A stretch of 64,000 nucleotides of DNA from IMG/VR virus record IMGVR_UViG_3300008113_000003, positions 1 to 64,000 of that record. One strand, 5' to 3'. Of this stretch, positions 40,222-47,023 are shown piece after piece. The translations under genes were made by a program, and so were the position numbers. The first letter of the stretch is position 1. Every line of letters starts with the position of its first letter. The notes under the pieces were generated by a model. The model was not told the DNA's origin. It saw only the letters and a program-made list of their open reading frames with translations, and made no database searches.

Positions 40222-40332
40222 AAAAAACCCCGACCACCATTTCAGTCCGAAGACATGCTTTCAGTGAACTTGGATCCTAATCCCGTTTCTTCGGGTCGTT
40301 CACTGGTGGCACCAGCCTCTGTGAGGGTTTTT
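40222..40332 (-). ncRNA. candidate structured RNA
   Basis: AAAAAACCC/GGGTTTTTT, CAGTGAAC/GTTCACTG, GTC-TTCG-GAC. Confidence 0.5.
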
Positions 40333-40334
40333 TG

Positions 40335-40425
40335 TGGCTGACACAGGACTCGAACCTGCACTGGGCAACCTTACAACCTTTCGGTCTTGGGGGCTTGGGC
40401 ACCATCCCGCATTACGCAGTCAGCC
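40335..40425 (-). ncRNA. tRNA-like RNA without canonical anticodon arm
   Basis: GGCTGAC/GTCAGCC-A acceptor, GCAGGTTCGAGTCCTGT T-arm, expanded middle with GAAA tetraloop. Confidence 0.6.
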
Positions 40426-40429
40426 ATTT

Positions 40430-40690
40430 TTCCCCACCTTGAGATTACAGATGAGTAGTCATATCGGTTTGTTTACTTTGAAACAACCTGCTGGGCATCC
40501 CCGTTAAAAAAAGTCAAACTACTGGGAGCTTCTGTTACCTAGCTTTATTCCCACGAGACTGGCGTTTTATAGAGCCACATCCAGTTTCTACCCATGGGAT
40601 AGTCTTTTACGTGGATATTAGGATGTCCAGTCCGATACCCTATCAAGTTTAAATGAGACATTGACAAGTCTGCTGAGTATCTCTCACCCA
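40430..40690 (-). ncRNA. candidate large structured RNA(s), about 260 nt
   Basis: Nested CTTGA/TCAAG, TATCGG/CCGATA, CTGGACATCC/GGATGCCCAG; 5' hairpin GAGATA-CTCAGCA...TGTCTC. Confidence 0.5.
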
Positions 40691-40693
40691 TTG

Positions 40694-40767
40694 TAGTGAT
40701 AACGAGACTCGAACTCGTAACCTAATGCGTATAAGGCATGTGCTCTCACCAATTGAGCTATATCACT
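40694..40767 (-). tRNA. tRNA-Ile(TAT)
   Basis: AGTGATA acceptor, ATGC-CTTATAC-GCAT, ACGAG-TTCGAGT-CTCGT. Confidence 0.85.
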
Positions 40768-40801
40768 AGCATGTGCTCTCACCAATTGAGCTATATCACT
40801 A
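40736..40801. repeat. 33-bp tandem duplication of the tRNA-Ile 5' half
   Basis: gcatgtgctctcaccaattgagctatatcacta twice. Confidence 0.95.
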
Positions 40802-40805
40802 GTTA

Positions 40806-40883
40806 TTACCATGGTCTGCCTTGTAGTACAGACTGTACCCCTTTAAGTGACTCACTAACCCTAGGTGTGGGTAGCATGGCAAT
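40806..40883 (-). ncRNA. candidate three-way-junction RNA
   Basis: TTGCCATG/CATGGTAA closing TACCC/GGGTA and GTCTGT/GCAGAC. Confidence 0.45.
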
Positions 40884-40885
40884 TG

Positions 40886-41007
40886 TAGTCAGGACAGGAC
40901 TTGAACCTGTATTCTCTATTATTATCACCAAGTTTCGGTTACATTGTTTCTGTTTGCTTGGTATAGAGTTTAGGATACTTTCAGCGTCTACATTCCGCCA
41001 CCTGACT
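40886..41007 (-). ncRNA. tRNA-like RNA (AGTCAGG scaffold) with non-tRNA insert
   Basis: AGTCAGG/CCTGACT-A, Leu-like D arm, ACAGGTTCAAGTCCTGT; insert CTCTAT/ATAGAG, ACCAAG/CTTGGT. Confidence 0.65.
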
Positions 41008-41169
41008 ATTTCACTTTACGGTCCAAAGTGTAAGCAGGTTTAGTTGCGGACTTTCCTTCCTGATGGGGGCTCTTTTCGTGACACGTACACCATTCTTACG
41101 AACAGTCCCATTGGTCATCACTGGCACGTTATCCATCTTTTTAACACGTAGCCACCGTGTTGCTCATCG

Positions 41170-41260
41170 TAGTCAGGACAGGATTCGAACCTGAACTCCC
41201 CATTATAGGGAGCGTGATACAGCCCCCGAAGCAGCTGTGACACCCATTTGCCACCTGACT
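41170..41260 (-). ncRNA. tRNA-like RNA (second AGTCAGG scaffold)
   Basis: Same acceptor and T-arm as 40886-41007, different middle; no 7-nt U33 anticodon loop. Confidence 0.65.
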
Positions 41261-41469
41261 ATTTGAGGGAGAGAGCCCTCAGTGTTGTGTGGTGTACCGC
41301 CATCAGCCAATAGTTTAAGTTTGTTGTTTAACCACCCTTAACTTAAAATAACTGTTATGACCGCACTCTCTTTTCTCAAGAGAACAACACAATGGTGCTA
41401 GAGGTTGGTTTACATTCAGTGACCATGGCTTGTACTTCGCCTCAAGGGTCAAGCCCTATACCTCTATCG

Positions 41470-41541
41470 TAGTCGGTACGGGATTCGAACCCGTGTGGCA
41501 AGGATGAAAACCTTGAATCCTAACCCCTAGATGAACCGACC
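41470..41541 (-). tRNA. tRNA-Glu(TTC)
   Basis: CAAGG-TTTTCAT-CCTTG. Confidence 0.9.
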
Positions 41542-41546
41542 AAATA

Positions 41547-41685
41547 AAAACAATGATGGAGTACCCGTCTCGCTCCATTCTTAACAGCTTCATCAGAGTT
41601 TTCTCTGGGCCCAGGCTGAGGGTGCTGAATTCCGATTCCACTCTGGATTGTCGACATCCGTTGAGTGGGGAAAACCATTGTTTTT
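41547..41685 (-). ncRNA. candidate multi-stem RNA
   Basis: AAACAATG/CATTGTTT closing CCACTC/GAGTGG, CAGAG-AAAA-CTCTG, ATGGAG/CTCCAT. Confidence 0.5.
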
Positions 41686-41687
41686 TG

Positions 41688-41759
41688 CTGTGATGGGGAA
41701 TTCCGAGATCCCGACCTGAGAGTTAACAGCTCCCTGCTCTGCCTCTGAGCTACATCACA
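41688..41759 (-). tRNA. tRNA-Asn(GTT) with non-canonical T-loop
   Basis: GGGAG-CTGTTAA-CTCTC; T-arm GGGATCTCGGAATTCCC lacks GTTC. Confidence 0.82.
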
Positions 41760-41764
41760 ATTTG

Positions 41765-41879
41765 CGGGGATGAGAGGAATCGAACCTCTGGTTCAGGCTT
41801 GAGATGCAAAATTATATGCTGTATGGAATCTCATCAGATTCACTTTTTTTACAGCGTGTTACCACTACACCACACCCCC
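41765..41879 (-). ncRNA. tRNA-like RNA whose anticodon arm is replaced by a TGAGAT-..ATACAGCA..-ATCTCA module
   Basis: GGGGGTG/CATCCCC-G acceptor, D arm, AGAGGTTCGATTCCTCT T-arm. Confidence 0.7.
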
Positions 41880-41883
41880 AATT

Positions 41884-42084
41884 ACTAATGAGTCGACCAA
41901 ATTTTTTACCAGTGCGGAATAAAGAAGGCTATTGGTGTGTGCCTTTCATACTCAGTTGGGATTGCGGCCCCATGAGTTCCCGATGCGCCATTGTCTTTCA
42001 TTAACTTTTCTCCGTCCTATCTGTTGTGGGATTCTGGCAGTGTTCCCTCAGGATACTCGTTTAATTACTCTTTCATCATTAGTT
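41884..42084 (-). ncRNA. candidate rod-like RNA, about 200 nt
   Basis: ACTAATGA/TCATTAGT ends; TGCCAG/CTGGTA, CGGA/TCCG, ACTCA/TGAGT nested helices. Confidence 0.5.
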
Positions 42085-42085
42085 G

Positions 42086-42157
42086 AGCGGATAGTGAGAA
42101 TCGAACTCACATCTCCAGCTTGGAAGGCTGGAGTAATAGCCATTATACGACATCCGC
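42086..42157 (-). tRNA. tRNA-Gly(TCC)
   Basis: CCAGC-CTTCCAA-GCTGG. Confidence 0.92.
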
Positions 42158-42158
42158 A

Positions 42159-42234
42159 TGGAGCGGGAGACCAGGTTCGAACTGGCGACCCCAACCTTGG
42201 CAAGGTTGTGCTCTACCGACTGAGCTACTCCCGC
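42159..42234 (-). tRNA. tRNA-Gly(GCC)
   Basis: AACC-TTGCCAA-GGTT; CCA encoded. Confidence 0.95.
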
Positions 42235-42450
42235 ATTTGTGACTACTCCCTGGGAAGTTTCGTCACGATTAACGTGAATGGGGTGATCAAACCCACTAAC
42301 ATCACGGGCATAGGTTTTCACAATAAACCATTACCAAAAACGCCAGTTTTTAACACCCAAAACTGAATAAACGGTCCGACTCTTTGTAACCCCGATTTTA
42401 AGTGTATGTTACTACCGTCTCGAACAGACCCCTACTGCGAACACTCCCAG

Positions 42451-42595
42451 TAGCCCCAGTAGGAATCGAACCCACCTTGTAAATTACATGCAATAATCCT
42501 TAGACTTTCGCTCCGATCCTAGTATTAAGGAGTGTCTAACCATTTTACCATCATTTACCCACTCGCAGCTACGTTAACGTGCTTGCTATAGAGCT
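42451..42595 (-). ncRNA. tRNA-like RNA with long insert
   Basis: AGCTCTA/TGGGGCT-A acceptor, GTGGGTTCGATTCCTAC T-arm; insert TTAGAC/GTCTAA, CTCC/GGAG. Confidence 0.55.
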
Positions 42596-42602
42596 ATTTT
42601 AG

Positions 42603-42675
42603 TAGCGGGAGAGGGATTCGAACCCCCGACCTCTAGGTTATGAGCCTAGCGAGCTACCTCTGCTACTACCCCGCA
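42603..42675 (-). tRNA. tRNA-Met(CAT), initiator-like
   Basis: 1:72 mismatch, GCGGGG acceptor, AGCTCG, CTAGG-CTCATAA-CCTAG. Confidence 0.88.
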
Positions 42676-42843
42676 ATATCTTATGGTTTTGCCTCACCAA
42701 AAAGCTTCCATTGTATGAAGTCCAATAGATAAAGTCCTCGGTTTCTTAGTAAAACTAACTTTCAGGAACTTCACCTGCCTTCTAGTATACATGTACCTCT
42801 CAGTTAAGAGTCAGTACGAGCTTTCTTACTTTAGTTAGTTTTG

Positions 42844-42917
42844 TGATCCCGACAGGATTCGAACCTGTGACCTACTGCTTAGAAGGCAGTTGCTCTATCC
42901 AGCTGAGCTACGAGACC
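42844..42917 (-). tRNA. tRNA-Arg(TCT)
   Basis: ACTGC-CTTCTAA-GCAGT. Confidence 0.94.
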
Positions 42918-42965
42918 AAATTTCGGAATGCGTTTTTTGTCAAAGTAAAAGTTTAAGATAAAATA

Positions 42966-43095
42966 CAGGATGAATTGTACGTGCTCTAACCAACTGAGCT
43001 ACTCTGAACGTGCCACTTAAGGCTGTGTTCAAAGGTTGGATTCGAACCAACGACCACGAGGTTAACAGCCTAAAGAAATATGCAGAAACCATCCT
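42966..43095 (-). ncRNA. circularly permuted tRNA-Asn(GTT)-like RNA with Y-RNA (YrlA)-like closing stem
   Basis: Order anticodon-T arm-acceptor 3' strand-linker-acceptor 5' strand-D arm, enclosed by AGGATG/CATCCT. Confidence 0.8.
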
Positions 43096-43111
43096 CATTA
43101 TTTTATCTTTG

Positions 43112-43185
43112 CGGTCCATACGGGACTCGAACCCGTGATCTCTGCCGTGACAGGGCAGCGTCCACTCCAGCTGGACTGATGGACC
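43112..43185 (-). tRNA. tRNA-Asp(GTC)
   Basis: CTGCC-CTGTCAC-GGCAG. Confidence 0.93.
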
Positions 43186-43196
43186 GTTTTGATTTT

Positions 43197-43213
43197 CCAA
43201 TATGTCAAAGAAC
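43197..43213 (-). promoter_or_regulatory. boxA-like antitermination element
   Basis: GTTCTTTGACATATTGG. Confidence 0.55.
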
Positions 43214-43255
43214 ATGATAGGGAACCACGGTTTTATGGCAAAGCCAACCTATCTT

Positions 43256-43331
43256 TGGTGGTGCGGGCAGGAATCGAACCTGCGACACAGGGATTTTCAG
43301 TCCCTTGCTCTACCAACTGAGCTACCGCACC
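43256..43331 (-). tRNA. tRNA-Phe(GAA)
   Basis: AGGGA-CTGAAAA-TCCCT; CCA encoded. Confidence 0.95.
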
Positions 43332-43337
43332 AAATAT

Positions 43338-43393
43338 CGGGATGGATTTTGTTTGTATTTATCCGTTACATGTTAATGTGCTGTAACCATCCC
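43338..43393 (-). ncRNA. minimal Y-like hairpin GGGATGG-TTACAGCA...CCATCCC
   Basis: 7-bp helix followed by the TACAGCA motif shared with other array RNAs. Confidence 0.65.
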
Positions 43394-43411
43394 CTTTATC
43401 TTTCGATGCTA

Positions 43412-43512
43412 CAAAATTAAGAAGGATTTTTTAAACTTCCAAATGTTTGCAACATTTTTTTTTATTTTTTTCTCAAAGAACGTTTTCTTTTCAGAATTGT
43501 GGTACAAAACTA
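43412..43512 (-). promoter_or_regulatory. two TAnnTTTG promoters (43505-43512, 43412-43419) and boxA-like GTTCTTTGAGA (43471-43481) heading the tRNA array
   Basis: Motif matches, each with upstream TTTG. Confidence 0.65.
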
Positions 43513-43574
43513 ATAACTAATTTCTTTACCACCAAATATATTTTAAAGTTTTTTCATTTTTTTTCTTTTAAACG

Positions 43575-43602
43575 AAAAAACCCAGAGATCTCTCCCTGGG
43601 TT
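43575..43602 (-). terminator. intrinsic terminator of putative attenuator
   Basis: AACCCAGGG-AGAGAT-CTCTGGGTT-TTTT. Confidence 0.75.
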
Positions 43603-43637
43603 CCTTATTGTATCTAGTATATTTTTACTTGAGATTT

Positions 43638-43703
43638 TTACAATAGGAACCCTGGGCGATTCTCATCACCAAATGTTCTTCCTATATTTGTAAAGTTTCT
43701 CAT
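43638..43703 (-). CDS. putative attenuator leader peptide MRNFTNIGRTFGDENRPGFLL
   Basis: Manual ORF; 3' end complementary to the terminator 5' arm; codons match downstream tRNAs. Confidence 0.7.
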   Translation of the reverse strand: MRNFTNIGRTFGDENRPGFLL

Positions 43704-43764
43704 CGAAATTCTTATTATTTTTCTATATATACTTCAATATTACGAAAAGTTTCAAAAAAAACAA

Positions 43765-44118
43765 TTATTTTTCTAAAAAATTTTTCAAACTATGAATTGT
43801 TTGTCTGAAAATGTAGTCTTTAGATTTTTGCTCAGTTGGTAATTCTTCGTATGGAACATAGCATGGGTGTTCCTTTTTATCCGCATCTTTAACAGGTCCA
43901 TACTTCCAACCTTCTTCAGTTTTTTGTTTCATCCATGAGTCATGTGATGCTGAAGGTGATGCTTCAGGGTTATTGATGTGAAACTGCACACCGTTAACTG
44001 CTGATGATTTTTGCCAATCTGGTGCATTATCCCAATCTGGTTGTGAATGATCACCTATGCTTTCGCAATAAGCTCTATTCAATTCATGTGCTACTCTAGC
44101 GATTTCTTGTATAGTCAT
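43765..44118 (-). CDS. RyR-domain protein
   Basis: HDSWM..K..EGWKYG..KD..KKEHPCYVPYEELP..QKSKD; start adjusted. Confidence 0.82.
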   Translation of the reverse strand: MTIQEIARVAHELNRAYCESIGDHSQPDWDNAPDWQKSSAVNGVQFHINNPEASPSASHDSWMKQKTEEGWKYGPVKDADKKEHPCYVPYEELPTEQKSKDYIFRQTIHSLKNFLEK

Positions 44119-44128
44119 AACTTTATTT

Positions 44129-44596
44129 TTATCTACAATAATTATCCGCTGCTGAGCTTGCGGCCCATGCATCTGGCTTACCAACGGCATCATATCCCAT
44201 TGATTTAGCGTAACCAATACCCGCTTCGTACAATTGATTTGACTTCTCACTTTGTTTTGAATTGTAATCAACGTGCACAGTTATTTTAACATTAATGTCC
44301 TTCAAAGATTCAGCAACATTAACTGATCTAACAACTTCAGACCATAACTTTGGGTGCATGTTTGCTACAGGATCACCTTTCTTTGGTCTTGGTTCAATTT
44401 CTTTAAGGTGTATAACATGGGCACCTCTACCAAACTCATATAAACAAATTGTTGTAACATAATTAACTTTGTCACCAACTTCTTGTGAGTCGCAGCCAAT
44501 ATAAACCTCAGAATCTGGGTGTTGTCCTAACCACTCTGATACATACTCGGACACATTCTCAATAATAACTCCATCTCTTGTCCTAAAATTTTTCAT
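44129..44596 (-). CDS. RNase H-like YkuK (DUF458) family protein
   Basis: YIGCDSQ, EV.RS, VHVDYN, KPDAWAASSAAD. Confidence 0.85.
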   Translation of the reverse strand: MKNFRTRDGVIIENVSEYVSEWLGQHPDSEVYIGCDSQEVGDKVNYVTTICLYEFGRGAHVIHLKEIEPRPKKGDPVANMHPKLWSEVVRSVNVAESLKDINVKITVHVDYNSKQSEKSNQLYEAGIGYAKSMGYDAVGKPDAWAASSAADNYCR

Positions 44597-44599
44597 CTC

Positions 44600-46189
44600 T
44601 TATATTTTAAATGTGGTGAAACCTGTTTCACCGTTGTTGTCTTTAATAAAATTAATATGTTGTGCTCTCCCATCTTTATGGATAATCACATGCGATTGTA
44701 ACCATGAGCTTGGGCCAATATTATAACCAACTCTTAGTTTTGTTGAGGTACCAACCGCTAAAGCACCGTCTTTTCTCCCTGGTGAATGGTAATGACCAAC
44801 AATGATCTTCGTGTTTAGTGTTCTAAACTGATTTAGAGACCCTCTGCTGCCATTTGAACCCACATCGCCATGTTGTCCTAGTTCCCAATCTTTAACAATG
44901 TAAGAAGCGTTCCTATTCAATGTGATGAACTTAGGAAACTTCTGGTTAATTATCTCTGGTATAACACCTTTAACATCACCTTTAGCGTATTGTCTCAGAA
45001 GCATTGCGGAGTATTCCATATACATCAAAGAGTTTTTACTTGTTGGTTGTCTTTTCCAATCCTCATTCTTTAACCATCGATCTAAAAAGTCATCATGGTT
45101 ACTTCTAACAATAACAACATTTTTATAATCTCTAAAAGACTCCAACCCCTCGAGCATATTATTTATCTCGTTTTCAACTGAGTTGGTGCCGTTCATTTCT
45201 TTCGCAAACTGAATAAACGGATCTTTCATTTCATGGTGGCTAATTGAGTTACCGTCAAACACGTCATGTAGGATAACATGTTCTGGTTTCATTTTACCCA
45301 ATAATTCATGTGTCTTATCAATCACATCTTGATCATGATGTCCATAGTGAATGTCACCAAACACAATTGCTGACAATGAATCAACTTTACTCACCTGACC
45401 ACCCTCAACTTTATGACAAAGATCGGTAAAATTACCAGTTCTATCATGTGCTGTTACTTGTCTAACATAGAATGTATCCTCATCTTTAATCTCAACGATC
45501 GCAAAACCATATGTGTGGTGAAACTCACCTTTCTTACCAGCTTTTGAATCCGTGTAGTTTAATTTGGTTACAGCGCCTGTGGTTAACATCATTTTTGGTT
45601 TATTACCCTCAAGAACTGAAATCATTTCAAGCTGTACTTTCGGTGCGCCAAAGATGCACGAATTAATACCACTCACACCTTGCAAACCGCTCATTGGGTT
45701 GGTTGCTGTTGGTTGGATCTTAAAGTCGGACATGATTGACACATATTTGTGCACATCATGTCTATTCGCATCCAAATAAGGTACAACAGCGCTGTCCCAC
45801 TCTTCATGGTCTTTATCTGTAAACACTGATGTTGGGTTTTTGTAACGTCCAGCAATAACGTGTATATCAGCACCTAAAAAGTCAGCATATGCTTTTATAT
45901 TTTCAAAGAATGGTTTATGTACTGGTGTGTCATTCTGAGCCCAAGTAATAAGGAACATTTTTTGTTCTTTATTTGTTTGTCTCTGCTTAGCCATCAGATA
46001 TTGTTCTGACTCAACCTCAACCTTTTCTTTAAAGTTTAATTTTTCAGAACACCATTTTCTAACTGTTCTTTCGGATTTACCAAATAAATCCATAAGCAAT
46101 TTCATTCTATCATCCCAAGATAAATCCTTGTCGGTGTAAATCTCTCTTGCTTTGTTAATTTGTTGTTCTGTTAAATCTTTAAATTTCAT
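44600..46189 (-). CDS. HTH plus metallophosphoesterase-type nuclease (T5 A1-like by recollection)
   Basis: N-terminal SERTVRKW; GDIH, HDVFD, SNHD, HGD.GSNGSRG, GHYH. Confidence 0.7.
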   Translation of the reverse strand: MKFKDLTEQQINKAREIYTDKDLSWDDRMKLLMDLFGKSERTVRKWCSEKLNFKEKVEVESEQYLMAKQRQTNKEQKMFLITWAQNDTPVHKPFFENIKAYADFLGADIHVIAGRYKNPTSVFTDKDHEEWDSAVVPYLDANRHDVHKYVSIMSDFKIQPTATNPMSGLQGVSGINSCIFGAPKVQLEMISVLEGNKPKMMLTTGAVTKLNYTDSKAGKKGEFHHTYGFAIVEIKDEDTFYVRQVTAHDRTGNFTDLCHKVEGGQVSKVDSLSAIVFGDIHYGHHDQDVIDKTHELLGKMKPEHVILHDVFDGNSISHHEMKDPFIQFAKEMNGTNSVENEINNMLEGLESFRDYKNVVIVRSNHDDFLDRWLKNEDWKRQPTSKNSLMYMEYSAMLLRQYAKGDVKGVIPEIINQKFPKFITLNRNASYIVKDWELGQHGDVGSNGSRGSLNQFRTLNTKIIVGHYHSPGRKDGALAVGTSTKLRVGYNIGPSSWLQSHVIIHKDGRAQHINFIKDNNGETGFTTFKI

Positions 46190-46194
46190 ATCTA

Positions 46195-46587
46195 CTATAA
46201 TTTACTTTCAAGTTTTTGTAATTGTTCATGTTTCTTAGCGAAATCGGCTATTAGATCCTCATGTTCATCAACAGCTTTGTTAATCATGGTCATTTTATCA
46301 TACCAAATCTTTGTCATTGTTGTTTTGATCAAATTATCTTCTGTTTCAGCTAATAAAGTCATAACGGTTGGTTCGATAACTTCAATAAGCTGGTTTTGTA
46401 ACTCAATTATTTCAACACGTTTAAGCGCAAATTTATCCTGCAAACCTATTAACTCCTCATTCAAGGAATTAGCTGCGGTTCTGATTCTTTTTGTTAAATC
46501 ATCGGTTTCAACTAGGTTGGTTAAGTCCACGCCTTGTTTAATTAATTTGTTTACGCTCCACTTAGCGATACTGTACAATAATCCCAT
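46195..46587 (-). CDS. coiled-coil hypothetical protein
   Basis: ORF track. Confidence 0.6.
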   Translation of the reverse strand: MGLLYSIAKWSVNKLIKQGVDLTNLVETDDLTKRIRTAANSLNEELIGLQDKFALKRVEIIELQNQLIEVIEPTVMTLLAETEDNLIKTTMTKIWYDKMTMINKAVDEHEDLIADFAKKHEQLQKLESKL

Positions 46588-46627
46588 ATTTTATAATAAT
46601 AAAAAATTTTTTATTAAAAAACAAATT

Positions 46628-47023
46628 CTAGCCAACATTTTTTTGGGAATCACCTCTCCAAACTCTGTATGAGTCCGAATCAAAGTGTGTTGTTGACACT
46701 TCAAATACAACACCATCTGTTATTGCTTCCAATTGATGTGGTTGACCTGGTAACTGTCTAACGGAATCACCTGGGTAAAGGTATTGCTCATTCACCTCAG
46801 CTGTCTCAGTATCGATCCATCTATAAATGAACGACCCTTTATCCACAAACCAAGTTTCATCTTTAATCATGTGGTAGTGCATTGAGAACTTACACCCCTT
46901 TTTAAAAACTAATAACTTTCCACAATAAAGTTCGTTATTAGCGATTATAACTTCGTTACCCCATCCTTTGGGGATATTACATTCTGGGCATTCCAGTAAA
47001 TTAACTACCTTTGGTTTCTCCAT
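46628..47023 (-). CDS. cupin (sugar isomerase-like)
   Basis: KGWG.E, SMHYH..KDET, PGQPH, EVST. Confidence 0.8.
   Translation of the reverse strand: MEKPKVVNLLECPECNIPKGWGNEVIIANNELYCGKLLVFKKGCKFSMHYHMIKDETWFVDKGSFIYRWIDTETAEVNEQYLYPGDSVRQLPGQPHQLEAITDGVVFEVSTTHFDSDSYRVWRGDSQKNVG

Noticed and set aside
40736-40801. Duplicated tRNA half as an att site
   Set aside because: Perfect adjacent tandem copy, no intervening element or integrase; resembles the other duplication scar
40170-41600. CUGANGA at about 40194 and about 41590 as hammerhead cores
   Set aside because: No properly placed stem II plus GAAA and cleavage triplet; the first is part of a GNRA hairpin
40738-43420. ORF-track calls within the RNA array (and 32389-32595)
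   Set aside because: Overlap tRNAs and structured RNAs; no protein motifs
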